DNA from: Lentisphaerota bacterium
GTDB lineage: Bacteria > Verrucomicrobiota > Lentisphaeria > Victivallales > Victivallaceae
Length of the DNA stretch: 64,000 nucleotides
Reading direction: 5' to 3'
Assembly: GCA_015061605.1 (NCBI GenBank)
Contig: SUWH01000015.1
Span: forward strand, 2,693-66,692
This document shows, in pieces, positions 1-9,209 of this stretch. Each line of letters starts with the position of its first letter. Positions within the stretch are counted from its first letter, which is position 1. The notes beneath the pieces are model-generated. The model did not search any database. It worked only from the letters and a program-made list of their open reading frames with translations, and was not told the DNA's origin. Made by a program: the position numbers and the translations under genes.

Positions 1-876
1 ATTGGAAACCGCCACATTGCGGATGATACCGTCACCTACTCCGAGGCGGACGCCGCAATGACCGCCCATGAGAACACAGTTGGTAATGACGATATTTTCG
101 CATATACCCGGCGCATTTTTCAGCCGTTTGGTTCCTGCCGCCCGCACCGCGATAACATCGTCCGCTGAACGGATGATGCAATCGGAAACTGTAACATTGG
201 CACAGCAGTCAATATCGATGCCGTCGCCGTTCCATGCGGTGCTGGGCAGATTGGAAACGCGTATGCCCCGGATGCTCACATCGCGGCAGCCGTGGAGAAA
301 GCACGCCCAATAGGGGGAATTTTTCAACGTCACGCCGCTGATATGTATATTTTTGCTTTCGCAGAAAAACAGCATTTGAGACGGCCGCCAGCCGGTGAAT
401 TCTTTACGGGTGCACTTTTCCGGATCGAAGAATGCCGGACGGTTGCCGTCGATGGTTCCTTCGCCGCGGATGACCACGTTTTCGACCTCCAGCGCGACGA
501 TAAGATGCGCTCCGGAAGCCTTTTCACTGACACTGGGGGCGTTCTGCGGACAGAAGTCGGGAGCGTTGTATTTGGTTTTATCCGGAGAACCGAGCAATAC
601 TGCGCCTGGAGCAAGTTCAAGTCCGCCGTTGGAACGCAGATAGAGCGTGCCGGAGACAAAGGTCCCGGCAGGGATATGGACTATGCCGCCGTCATCGATC
701 GCTTTCTGGATCGCAGCGGTGTTATCGGTCACACCGTCGCCGACGGCACCGTAATCAAGAATATTTTTCATCGCTGAACCTTTGATATCAGAATTTCCTT
801 TTACACTTGAACAGCCGGAGCTGATACCGATAATTGCAGTCAATATAACTGCGCTCACCAAACTTATTTTTTTCAT
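1..876 (-). CDS. Glycoside hydrolase family 28-like (polygalacturonase / pectate-lyase fold) lipoprotein; C-terminus runs off the window start
   Basis: Absent from the ORF track because it has no stop in the window. I translated the minus strand codon by codon from the ATG at 876-874 down to base 1 and found no stop. N-terminus MKKISLVSAVILTAIIGISSGCSS (lipobox). DYGAVGDGVTDNTAAIQKAIDDGG, then GH28-type motifs WNGDGIDID, RSADDVIAV and GGHCGVRLG. Confidence 0.8.
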   Translation of the reverse strand, partial: MKKISLVSAVILTAIIGISSGCSSVKGNSDIKGSAMKNILDYGAVGDGVTDNTAAIQKAIDDGGIVHIPAGTFVSGTLYLRSNGGLELAPGAVLLGSPDKTKYNAPDFCPQNAPSVSEKASGAHLIVALEVENVVIRGEGTIDGNRPAFFDPEKCTRKEFTGWRPSQMLFFCESKNIHISGVTLKNSPYWACFLHGCRDVSIRGIRVSNLPSTAWNGDGIDIDCCANVTVSDCIIRSADDVIAVRAAGTKRLKNAPGICENIVITNCVLMGGHCGVRLGVGDGIIRNVAVSN

Positions 877-896
877 CTGTAAATTCTTTTTAACTG

Positions 897-2798
897 TCAA
901 TAGGAGAATACCTGTCCCGGATCGGGTGAAACGATCGGAATGAGCGGCGCGCCGAAGCGGATGCTGTGATCTTCTTTACCCAACAGTTTGAGCTGCCACA
1001 CTTCGCCTTTGGAAGCATCGGAGCGGACTCCTTTCAAAATCACCGCACCCGGATTTTTGCTGCATTTGTCAACCACGGTTCCTGAAGCATTGCACAGTCG
1101 GGCAGTGACCCATTCGCCGGTTCCGGTACCCAGGACTTCAATTTTAAATTCCTTCACGCCCGGCTGGACATAAAAATACATCTTTTTCATGCCGCCGCGG
1201 AAAAGCGCGACCCGGTTCTGCACCAGAAATCCGAATCCGGCACAGTCGGAGCTGACATCGATAGTCTGACTGCTCCGGTTGATTTCCAGAATATAGAGTT
1301 TTTTGCCGTTGGATTTCAGTTTGCGGGTATAATTCAACTTGTCGACATTGAATTTCTCCACCAGAGTGTTGTTGGCAAGTTTGACCACCACCTGATAGTT
1401 GAATTTACGGTTGGGGCGCAGGGGGGTGACCTTGAAATTCACATCAAACTCTCCCGCTTTATCGGTGTAAAGCAAACAGGTCGCCGCCCCCCGGAAGCGC
1501 CAGATCTGTGGCTTGTTTTGGGAAACGGTGCCATTTTGCGGACGCAGTTTTTCAAATTCAACTTCAGCGAAATCGAACTTCTGCATTTCCTTGTCTTCCG
1601 GATGCTGTTTGCTCAATTTTGCCCAATCGATCTGGGAAACGTTTCCATCGTCAGCAATGACTTTGACATCGCCTTTGAGTTCATCCACACCGAATCCGGT
1701 GCGTTTCACCACCTTGAACATCGGATTTTTACCGGGATAAACGGTACAATTTTCAAAGTTCACTCCGGTCATGTTGGAAGCGACCCGGGCGTTATTGAAG
1801 GTCATCACGGCTCCGTTACCTTTGCGGTGGTCGAAAACGCAGTTGCGCAAAGTTACGGTCATACCGTCTTTCTGCTGTCCGGAGATGGTCAACGGGGAAG
1901 TCCGGTTGCCGTATACGGAACAGTTTTCAAACAGGATGCTGCCCAGCTGGACATTTCCTTTGGCATTGCTTCTGGCATTGGTACGCAGGCCGTAGCTGTT
2001 TCCGTAAACTTTACAGTTGCGGACAACGATGGAGACCGGAGTTTTCAGCCACGGCAAAAAAATGGAAATGCCGCCGGCGGAGTTGCCGTAGAATTCGCAA
2101 TTTTCGATAAGATTGTTGACCAGCATATCATTTTCGTTATTGGGTTCGAGGTCGATGCCGCACTGGGGCGCGGTGCCGGAAGTGTTGATGAATTTACAGT
2201 TGCGGATGATAAGATCGACCGCGCTGATAACGCTGAGACCCTGCCGGTGGTGATCATCGGAAATGATATTTTCAATCAGAACTTTACGGCACGGACCATT
2301 TTTTCCGCTGTTGGAAATATAAATGCCGTCGCCGCCGGAACTTTTGATGGTCAGGTCACGGATGACGATATTGTGACTGCCCCGGAAACTGATACAATGC
2401 CGCCATTCGGAGTGAAGATAATCCGGCTGTTTCTGATAATCTTTTTTGCGCATTTCAAGGAGAACTTTTCCTTCGCCGCGCAGCGTGACATTTTCCACAT
2501 TCCCCCCGGAAAACATACAATCAGCTTTGTGGCGGTAGCTTCCGGGGAGTGCCTTGACCTCCACGCCGTCGGCAAAAATAAGTTCCAGATTTGAACGCAG
2601 TTTGACCGGGGCGATGATCCACGGTTTACCGGTGTTGTCCACAATCACCTTTTTGGCTCCGGAATCGATCGCTTTCTGCAAACACGCTGTTGCATTTTCC
2701 GCATCGAAGCCGAAACTGCTTGCCTTGACACTTTCAACTGCGGCAAAACTCATCAGCGGACAGAGTGCCGCAGACAACAATATAAAAAACATTTTCAT
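897..2798 (-). CDS. Secreted right-handed parallel beta-helix repeat protein (pectate-lyase fold)
   Basis: ORF track gives 897..2858. I prefer the ATG at 2798, which starts MKMFFILLSAALCPLMSFAAV (signal peptide). FGFDAENATACLQKAIDSGAKKVIVDN is followed by repeated beta-helix turns (GGDGIYISN, RNCKFIN, ENCEFYGNS, RNCKVYGNS, ENCSVYGN, RNCVFD, ENCTVY). Confidence 0.75.
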   Translation of the reverse strand: MKMFFILLSAALCPLMSFAAVESVKASSFGFDAENATACLQKAIDSGAKKVIVDNTGKPWIIAPVKLRSNLELIFADGVEVKALPGSYRHKADCMFSGGNVENVTLRGEGKVLLEMRKKDYQKQPDYLHSEWRHCISFRGSHNIVIRDLTIKSSGGDGIYISNSGKNGPCRKVLIENIISDDHHRQGLSVISAVDLIIRNCKFINTSGTAPQCGIDLEPNNENDMLVNNLIENCEFYGNSAGGISIFLPWLKTPVSIVVRNCKVYGNSYGLRTNARSNAKGNVQLGSILFENCSVYGNRTSPLTISGQQKDGMTVTLRNCVFDHRKGNGAVMTFNNARVASNMTGVNFENCTVYPGKNPMFKVVKRTGFGVDELKGDVKVIADDGNVSQIDWAKLSKQHPEDKEMQKFDFAEVEFEKLRPQNGTVSQNKPQIWRFRGAATCLLYTDKAGEFDVNFKVTPLRPNRKFNYQVVVKLANNTLVEKFNVDKLNYTRKLKSNGKKLYILEINRSSQTIDVSSDCAGFGFLVQNRVALFRGGMKKMYFYVQPGVKEFKIEVLGTGTGEWVTARLCNASGTVVDKCSKNPGAVILKGVRSDASKGEVWQLKLLGKEDHSIRFGAPLIPIVSPDPGQVFSY

Positions 2799-2821
2799 TA
2801 TAAACATCTCTTTCTTATCTA

Positions 2822-3802
2822 TCAAAATTTTGCTCCGGGGCCGCTCCAATGTTTCCATACTGCGATGGCGGCGGTACTCTTGGTTCCGTGGTTGTTCATG
2901 GAACGGTCGTAGCGGGTCGAAACGACGGAACCATCCGGAAAGAGCAGATTGACATTGCGGTTATGGAAACCGTACGGTAACTTGGTATCATGATAAAGTT
3001 CATGAACCAGCGGATATTTGTAGCGGATGACATCTTTCAACTTTCCGGAGTTGAGAATGATTTTATCAGTGTAGATCTTATCAGAGTCACTGTATCCTTT
3101 GTAACTGCTCCGGGCATTATAGGGATTGTTGTAAACGTATGTGCTGTACAAACTATCATCCTTGGTGCGTCCTTCCCAGGAGTAATTAGTGGCCATGGAA
3201 TTTTTTTCCCAGCCGCCGAACATCGTTTCAGCTTCCATGCAGTAGAAAACTGCCGGTTTGTATTTAAGCACATCCGCAACCACATTGCCTGATTTGTTAA
3301 GCCGTGTCCTGCCCATGCCGCTTACTTTTAAGTAACCGAGTCCGCACAACTGATCTTCGCGGACGAGCCAACGGCCATTTTGCCTTTTCCATTCGCCGCC
3401 ATCGCGGACATTGGTGTGCGGAAAGAATTCATCGTTGTCCGAAAGATATTCCTGTGCCGCCAGTCCAATCTGTTTCAAGTTGTTGGAACACGCTGCCGCC
3501 TTACCTCTGGAACGGGCGTTCTGCAATGCCGGAAGCAGTATCGCCGCCAATATGGCGATGATGGCGATGACAACCAGCAGTTCGATAAGAGTGAAATGGG
3601 CGTGTGCGGGGGACAAGGAAAACTTTTTTTCACGGGAAAAAAAGTTTTCCCTTTCCCCCGCGCCCCCTTTCTCTTTCAAAAAAAGCGGAGTATTTTGCTT
3701 CTCCCGTTGGTCGCAGCGTTTGAAGAAACACAGTGATGAGACAGCAGTATTAACTGGCAGTTCGATCAATGTGAAGTTCCGGTTTTTTAATTTTTTACTC
3801 AT
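2822..3802 (-). CDS. Prepilin-type N-terminal cleavage/methylation-domain protein with H-X9-DG C-terminal motif, carrying an unusual 5' extension
   Basis: Contains [29 protein letters not shown] (aa 70-97) and C-terminal [15 protein letters not shown] (H-X9-DG). AAGGAGA RBS lies before the ATG at 3802. The first 69 aa hold a second, truncated FTLIEL motif and a palindrome-encoded linker (see findings). No internal ATG precedes the full motif. Confidence 0.8.
   Translation of the reverse strand: MSKKLKNRNFTLIELPVNTAVSSLCFFKRCDQREKQNTPLFLKEKGGAGERENFFSREKKFSLSPAHAHFTLIELLVVIAIIAILAAILLPALQNARSRGKAAACSNNLKQIGLAAQEYLSDNDEFFPHTNVRDGGEWKRQNGRWLVREDQLCGLGYLKVSGMGRTRLNKSGNVVADVLKYKPAVFYCMEAETMFGGWEKNSMATNYSWEGRTKDDSLYSTYVYNNPYNARSSYKGYSDSDKIYTDKIILNSGKLKDVIRYKYPLVHELYHDTKLPYGFHNRNVNLLFPDGSVVSTRYDRSMNNHGTKSTAAIAVWKHWSGPGAKF
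3607..3660. repeat. Long perfect palindrome/hairpin inside the 5' part of the pilin-like CDS
   Basis: Inner stem 3617-3631 (GGAAAACTTTTTTTC) pairs with 3636-3650 (GAAAAAAAGTTTTCC): 15 bp with a 4-nt loop. Outer stem 3607-3613 (CGGGGGA) pairs with 3654-3660 (TCCCCCG). The two are separated by a 3x3 internal loop. Confidence 0.85.
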
Positions 3803-3841
3803 AAAACCTGTCTCCTTATTTATTGAAAGTCTATTTTGATT

Positions 3842-4957
3842 TCATTCTGCAGGTTTCAAATCATCATTGAGAATTCCCGGCAGGGTGAATTCTCTGCCGT
3901 CAATACCAAGTTTCAAATCTTTTCCGGAAACTCCCGGCAGGGCGATTTTGTGCAGTTCACCCGGTTTCAATGCGGGAACGGTATACTTTCTGCCGTTGAT
4001 GCTCCACTCCGTTTGAGCGGCGGGGACAGCAGATTCGATTTCGAGAACTCCGTTTCTGAAATCGACTCCGTAATATCCGCAAATTTCCCGCACCGAGGTC
4101 AGCGACGGGAAGAAGAATAACTGAAATTTTCTGCAGAAACTCTTTTTCGCATCGAGTCTTTGCGCCGGTGCAAGGATCTCCATAGTGTGCAGAGTGGCGG
4201 ATTTATGGGTGTACAAAACCATCTTTCCGGTATTCGGTTCGTCGATTTTCAAAACCGCCGTGCCGGGAGTGTTGACTGCGGTTTTGGCTATCCACGGTCT
4301 CAAGGCGGCAAAAAACATATTGCGGTTGCCTTCATGAAGTTCGGAGAGGATACCGTCGGCTTTGACTTCGACCATACCCAATTTCCCGATACGGGAAACG
4401 TTGGAACGCGCCGGAACCAGCACCGGATCGACTTTGTCACTCAACGCCAGTACCGCATTGAACCACAGCGAATAATTGCCGCTGAAGTTCTGGCTGTTGA
4501 CGAGAACGATTTCGCCGTCCAGTACCGTACTTTCCTGCCTTAAATGCAAATTCTGGGTCAGCGCAAGCTCCATACCGCCGGTAATGGGGGCGAACATCGT
4601 AAGCTTGCATCCGTCATCCGGAGTTGCAGTCAAACTTTTTACCTGCATGGCATCGGTGATTTTACGGTTGCTTTCCCAGACCCGGCACCGGAAGCCGTTC
4701 CGCGAAGCAAAGACCCGCGTCGGAAGCAGATCGACCTTTTCCACCCGGTAGTTCAGGGGACCGATGAGGGAACGTTTCTGCGCCGGATATTCCCATTTGA
4801 TCAGAGAGCCGTTGAGTTCCGGAGCGAAAGATAGTTTGATCAAACCATTGTCCAGCGTCACCGTATCCGGAGCTCCGGAGGTGCGGCTGACCCGGTTTTC
4901 TGCGGCGGCAGTAACCGCCAGCAGCAGCGCCGGAAGAATAAACCATAACTTTTTCAT
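3842..4957 (-). CDS. Secreted hypothetical protein
   Basis: ORF track gives 3842..4972. The ATG at 4957 (MKKLWFILPALLLAVTAAAE signal peptide) is preceded by GTGAGGA with 8-nt spacing. In operon with flanking glycan genes. No family recognised. Confidence 0.7.
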   Translation of the reverse strand: MKKLWFILPALLLAVTAAAENRVSRTSGAPDTVTLDNGLIKLSFAPELNGSLIKWEYPAQKRSLIGPLNYRVEKVDLLPTRVFASRNGFRCRVWESNRKITDAMQVKSLTATPDDGCKLTMFAPITGGMELALTQNLHLRQESTVLDGEIVLVNSQNFSGNYSLWFNAVLALSDKVDPVLVPARSNVSRIGKLGMVEVKADGILSELHEGNRNMFFAALRPWIAKTAVNTPGTAVLKIDEPNTGKMVLYTHKSATLHTMEILAPAQRLDAKKSFCRKFQLFFFPSLTSVREICGYYGVDFRNGVLEIESAVPAAQTEWSINGRKYTVPALKPGELHKIALPGVSGKDLKLGIDGREFTLPGILNDDLKPAE

Positions 4958-4968
4958 AAACGGCATCC

Positions 4969-7761
4969 TCACTCAAAAAAAGGTTTGTAGGGCAGCAGCA
5001 TACCGGTGGCCTTAAAGTGTCTGACCTGCTCTTTATAGAAGCCCATCGTTCCGCTTTTGCCCATCGGAATCGCGGAGGGATAATGTTTATCCATGCGGTA
5101 GAAAAGCTTTTTGATCAGCTGATCCATCACGGTCGCAGTTGGCGCGGTGACGGTGAGAGAACCGTTTTTATCCATGGTGATTTCCGCCGGATATTTTTTG
5201 TCCAGAAGTACGGTCACTACACCTTTGCCGGAAGCATTTGCACGATCGACTTTGGTAAATCCCGGAGCGATGAGTTTGTTTTTGGAGCAGTAGGTGAAAT
5301 ATTCATCGAAACGGGAGGCGAACTCCGCTGCTTTGCCGGGAGCGAAGAGCTTGAAGATACATTTTTTATTTTTGCCGGTGAATTTGAAGCTGTCAAACTG
5401 CGCATCGGTGAGTTTGAAATACTTGGAAACGTAAACGGTTTTTATCACAGAATTTTTGCCGAATTTTACTTCAGCGGTACGGTTGCCGCGGCCGGCGGGA
5501 GTAAAAGCGATTTTTTTGCCGTCGACCGAAATTTCCTGCAGGACAAAATCGTAAATGTTCCGTACTGCCAGCGCGGAGGTAAAGGAGTTGTCCGCATCAA
5601 GTTTCACAGTGAATTCCTGTTTGTCCAGAGCTTTATTGGAATATACTTCCGCTTTAAATTCTGCCGGAGCAGTCAACAGCGAACACGCCGTTTCAAACAG
5701 CACTGGAGTACGCGCCGGGAGCGTGATGTCAAAGCTCATGGAACCGTTTTTGATCTTATTGACCGTCTGACCGCGATTACGCATCTTGCGCACCATCAGC
5801 TGAATGTGGCTGCGGTTTCCGGCAAGGGAACGGCTGTCGACGGTAACTGTACCGCCGGAAGGTTCTTCTGAACTGTTGCCGAAGAAGAGGAAGCTGTTTT
5901 CATCTCTGCCATAACAGGCAAGATAAGGAGAATAAAGCCCGGTCGAAAGTGAAAGCGGAATTTCGATCTGCCATCCGGCGCGGACAAGTTCGTGCGCTTC
6001 GGGCTGGGCGTAGACGATTTTCGGCACACCGTACATAACGGCACGGGTGTTGTTCAAGCCGTATTTGAATTGATTGAGCAGCACATAGTCGCCGAGTTTG
6101 CCCATGGTGTCCATCATCTGCGCTTTGGTCTGATTTCTCCACGCCGGAACCAGATTGGGATACAAGTAGCCGTGTTTATGTACGGAACCGGGGCGCGGAC
6201 CGATCCACCAGCGGTAGATGGGCAGCATTTTGGCAAGTTCGCTGCGGTCAACGTAACTGCGTTCCATCAGAGTGTAGTCGCCTTTAAGTGTGCCGTTCAC
6301 CCAGCAGGTAATGGGAATATCCGATTTGATCTGATGGATTTTATCCACCACATCGTTGATGGCAACACTCAGGTCGATAAAGATGCCCTTTTCGTCCCAG
6401 GCGCGGCCGGGAACGGACTTTTTGATCACCGGACCGCGGTAGAATACTCCACCGCTGCCGCAATCCAGCGCAAAACCGGGAAGTTTGAGTTCTTCCGTGA
6501 GTTTCGCCATATCTTCGTGCAGAACTTTGGCAAAACTGGTATTGTAGGAAAAGGCGCGGATTTCCTTGTCATGGTGGGTACTCCAGCGGCCGTTCCAGAT
6601 GATGGTACCGGATTGGAGATCGTAGTTGTTGACGGCATCGGGGTAATTTTTCGTCAGAAGATCGTATTCGGCAAATCCGCCGCCGCCGGTGTTGTAGAAC
6701 ATCCATCCGGCACGGCGGCCGTATTTGAGAAAGCGCTCTTTGCGCAGTTTGAGAAATTCGTCCCGGGACATGTTGTCAAAGGAAAACTTGATGCCGCCCA
6801 TGCGGGGGGAACCGCTCTTTTGGAATGCGATAAGCGGGCGGTAATCCCAGAATTCCGGACGGCAGTAGATATCGCCGCTGCGCTTGTAGGGGCAGTATGC
6901 CCATTCCAGAGTGATATACATGCGGCGGGCAAGTTCAAAGTCCGGTTCTGTCCACCAGGTCAGATAGTGAGCCTGATTTCCCCAGACGTAAGGGTTCTCC
7001 TGACCGCCGTTGACAGCCCAGCATTCGGGGAATGAGTCGTAATACTGCTGGATGATCCCTTCCGGGATGCCGTATTTGGCCTGCGCGGCACCTGCGGTAA
7101 AAGTAAATTCGACCTTCTGTCCGGGATCGGCGACAAAACGCTGGGCGAAACTCAAGATTTTTTTCTGCGGATCATAGGCGGCACAGTTGAAGCTGACCGG
7201 ATCATAAACGACGTGGCCGAGGTAAATCGTGTGGCGTTTACCCGCGACAGCCGCCAGCGGGAACGGTTGCCGTGATGAGGCGATGTGTTTTAACAGCCGC
7301 CCTTTGATGCCGCTGCGGATCATGGGTTCTTTGCCGATATCAAGCGAAACGTTATCTCCACCCCAGAACTTTTCCGGAGCTTGAGAGAGGAGAGCTTTCA
7401 AAGTGATTTCCGGCCACAACTGTTTTTTGCCGGTGTTGACAAAATTTCCTTTGCCGAGTATCACCCGGTTTTTGGCGGAAAAATTCAGAAGTATTTTGCA
7501 GTTGGGATAAACATACTCTGCGGTGATCACATTATCTTTTTCGGTAAAGGAAACCTTTCCGGCTTTGAAAAATTTTTTGCTTTTACCGTCAAAACAGGTT
7601 AGATCAAGATCGGCACTCTGCCATTCCGGAGTCTCCTGAACATTTTTCAAAACCAATTTATTGTTTTCGATGTGCAGCGCTGCTGAATTGGTCTGTACTG
7701 CACCGTGTACTGCTGCAGTCGTCAGCAACAGTAAAATAAGATTGAACCATTTCATTTTCAA
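4969..7761 (-). CDS. Large secreted hypothetical protein (putative glycan-active enzyme, family not recognised)
   Basis: 930-aa ORF with signal peptide MKMKWFNLILLLLTTAAVHGA. It sits in a co-directional, tightly packed operon. Confidence 0.75.
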   Translation of the reverse strand: MKMKWFNLILLLLTTAAVHGAVQTNSAALHIENNKLVLKNVQETPEWQSADLDLTCFDGKSKKFFKAGKVSFTEKDNVITAEYVYPNCKILLNFSAKNRVILGKGNFVNTGKKQLWPEITLKALLSQAPEKFWGGDNVSLDIGKEPMIRSGIKGRLLKHIASSRQPFPLAAVAGKRHTIYLGHVVYDPVSFNCAAYDPQKKILSFAQRFVADPGQKVEFTFTAGAAQAKYGIPEGIIQQYYDSFPECWAVNGGQENPYVWGNQAHYLTWWTEPDFELARRMYITLEWAYCPYKRSGDIYCRPEFWDYRPLIAFQKSGSPRMGGIKFSFDNMSRDEFLKLRKERFLKYGRRAGWMFYNTGGGGFAEYDLLTKNYPDAVNNYDLQSGTIIWNGRWSTHHDKEIRAFSYNTSFAKVLHEDMAKLTEELKLPGFALDCGSGGVFYRGPVIKKSVPGRAWDEKGIFIDLSVAINDVVDKIHQIKSDIPITCWVNGTLKGDYTLMERSYVDRSELAKMLPIYRWWIGPRPGSVHKHGYLYPNLVPAWRNQTKAQMMDTMGKLGDYVLLNQFKYGLNNTRAVMYGVPKIVYAQPEAHELVRAGWQIEIPLSLSTGLYSPYLACYGRDENSFLFFGNSSEEPSGGTVTVDSRSLAGNRSHIQLMVRKMRNRGQTVNKIKNGSMSFDITLPARTPVLFETACSLLTAPAEFKAEVYSNKALDKQEFTVKLDADNSFTSALAVRNIYDFVLQEISVDGKKIAFTPAGRGNRTAEVKFGKNSVIKTVYVSKYFKLTDAQFDSFKFTGKNKKCIFKLFAPGKAAEFASRFDEYFTYCSKNKLIAPGFTKVDRANASGKGVVTVLLDKKYPAEITMDKNGSLTVTAPTATVMDQLIKKLFYRMDKHYPSAIPMGKSGTMGFYKEQVRHFKATGMLLPYKPFFE

Positions 7762-7779
7762 TATCTCCTGCTGTTTTAT

Positions 7780-8430
7780 TTATTGCAAAATCCACCGTTT
7801 TTTGTCGATTTTCCATCTTTTGTCCTCCTGTGGCCCGATGAGTCCCAGCGTATCGTGGTTCAGCCACTCAACGTGACCGTCGACAAAAACAAAGTTGCTG
7901 CCGTTGTTATGGCGTGGCGCGTAGTCATCTTTCCAGCAGACGGAGGTCGGGCGCAGGCGGACAAACTTGGAGTCGCCGAAATAGATGACGTAGGCGGGGT
8001 TGCTGATTTTGGAAATGCGGTAATCGCCGGTGGTCATCTTTTTCCGGGCCTTGCCGACATCTCCGAGGAAGTAGTTCATGCCGTAACTGACCGATTTCAA
8101 ACTGTACGCAATGGGCAGAAGATCGGGGACATCGAGCATTTTTGCGCCTTTTTTCTCATCCTGCGGACAGTAGAATATCTGCGTATTGTTGCCGATGTAG
8201 GGCAGCAGACGGTTCGGCCAGAACATCGAATGTTTTTTTACCGATTGCACCACGGGGGGGATGACTCCGTCGTGATCGTTTTCATACTGCTGAGCGGCAC
8301 GGCGCAGACTTTTCAGATTGTCGGTGCACTTAACATTGAATCTCTTTGATCCGGATGCCGCAGTTACTCCGGTGAATACCACCAAGAGCAAAAGGGCGGC
8401 AACAACTGCAAGTTCTTTAAAATTTCTCAT
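7780..8430 (-). CDS. H-X9-DG domain protein with a hydrophobic N-terminus but no FTLIELL motif
   Basis: C-terminal [17 protein letters not shown] matches H-X9-DG. N-terminal anchor [21 protein letters not shown] start/stop overlap with the upstream pilin-like gene. Confidence 0.75.
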   Translation of the reverse strand: MRNFKELAVVAALLLLVVFTGVTAASGSKRFNVKCTDNLKSLRRAAQQYENDHDGVIPPVVQSVKKHSMFWPNRLLPYIGNNTQIFYCPQDEKKGAKMLDVPDLLPIAYSLKSVSYGMNYFLGDVGKARKKMTTGDYRISKISNPAYVIYFGDSKFVRLRPTSVCWKDDYAPRHNNGSNFVFVDGHVEWLNHDTLGLIGPQEDKRWKIDKKRWILQ

Positions 8431-9185
8431 AACTTTGCCCAGGGCTTGGTTTCACCGTAGCCGGTCGGAATTATTTTGCGGCGGAGATATGTGAATTTGG
8501 TGGATTCACTTTCGTTGGCGACCTGCCACTGATATTTATTCTGATAACTTGCCACGTGTCCGTCCGGGTGAACAGCATTGAAGCTGCTTTTATTGCCGTG
8601 ACGGAACGCCAGACCGTCATAAGATTTTCCGGCGGCGGCGTTGATGAAGTAGTTACTGCGGTAGATGTAATAGGATTCCGAATCGGCAAACGCAATATAA
8701 TGAGAGGGATGTTTCAATTTGGAAAGTTTTGGACTCAGCCATCCCGTCGGCTGATGCCACATCCCGAGAAGTTCATCATTGTGAGCGTAGCTTACGGAAC
8801 GGATATTATATCCATCTTTCAACCCTTTTTGTCTTCCGTTGTCCGGACGGGAGGGACAGCCGTTGAAGGACAAACCGGCTTTCCAGGTTTTTGCAGAAGC
8901 AGTTCCGATGGCGCGGCGCGGCCAAGCGGTGTCGGCGTGCCATTCAACGCGCCCGGCTCCTTCAACTACGTTGACGGTCGCTTGCGGCAAAGCGTAACCG
9001 TCAAAAGTATCGCTGTATAAATCAAGAACTGTGCCCCACTGTTTAAGATTGCTCTGACAGCTGGCACTGCGGCCGCGTTCCCGCGCACTTTGCAGCGCGG
9101 GCAGAAGTATCGCCGCCAATATGGCGATAATTGCGATGACAACGAGAAGTTCGATCAATGTGAAGTCAAAACGTTTTATTTTCAT
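8427..9185 (-). CDS. Prepilin-type N-terminal cleavage/methylation-domain, H-X9-DG protein
   Basis: [39 protein letters not shown]; [18 protein letters not shown] near the C-terminus; AAGGAG RBS upstream. Confidence 0.9.
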   Translation of the reverse strand: MKIKRFDFTLIELLVVIAIIAILAAILLPALQSARERGRSASCQSNLKQWGTVLDLYSDTFDGYALPQATVNVVEGAGRVEWHADTAWPRRAIGTASAKTWKAGLSFNGCPSRPDNGRQKGLKDGYNIRSVSYAHNDELLGMWHQPTGWLSPKLSKLKHPSHYIAFADSESYYIYRSNYFINAAAGKSYDGLAFRHGNKSSFNAVHPDGHVASYQNKYQWQVANESESTKFTYLRRKIIPTGYGETKPWAKL

Positions 9186-9209
9186 AATAACTGCTCCTTG
9201 CGTTATAAA

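Noticed and set aside
1518-2594. 358-aa plus-strand ORF, with smaller overlapping ORFs at 988-2952.
   Set aside because: It lies entirely antisense to the beta-helix gene 897..2798, which has a signal peptide and a repeat architecture. The product is low-complexity (rich in F, G, V, A and D), has no RBS and no recognisable motif. It is a typical shadow ORF.
5017-7035. 284-aa and 347-aa plus-strand ORFs (5017..5871 and 5992..7035).
   Set aside because: Both are antisense to the 930-aa secreted protein gene 4969..7761, which is operon-linked and has a signal peptide. They have no translation signals and a skewed composition.
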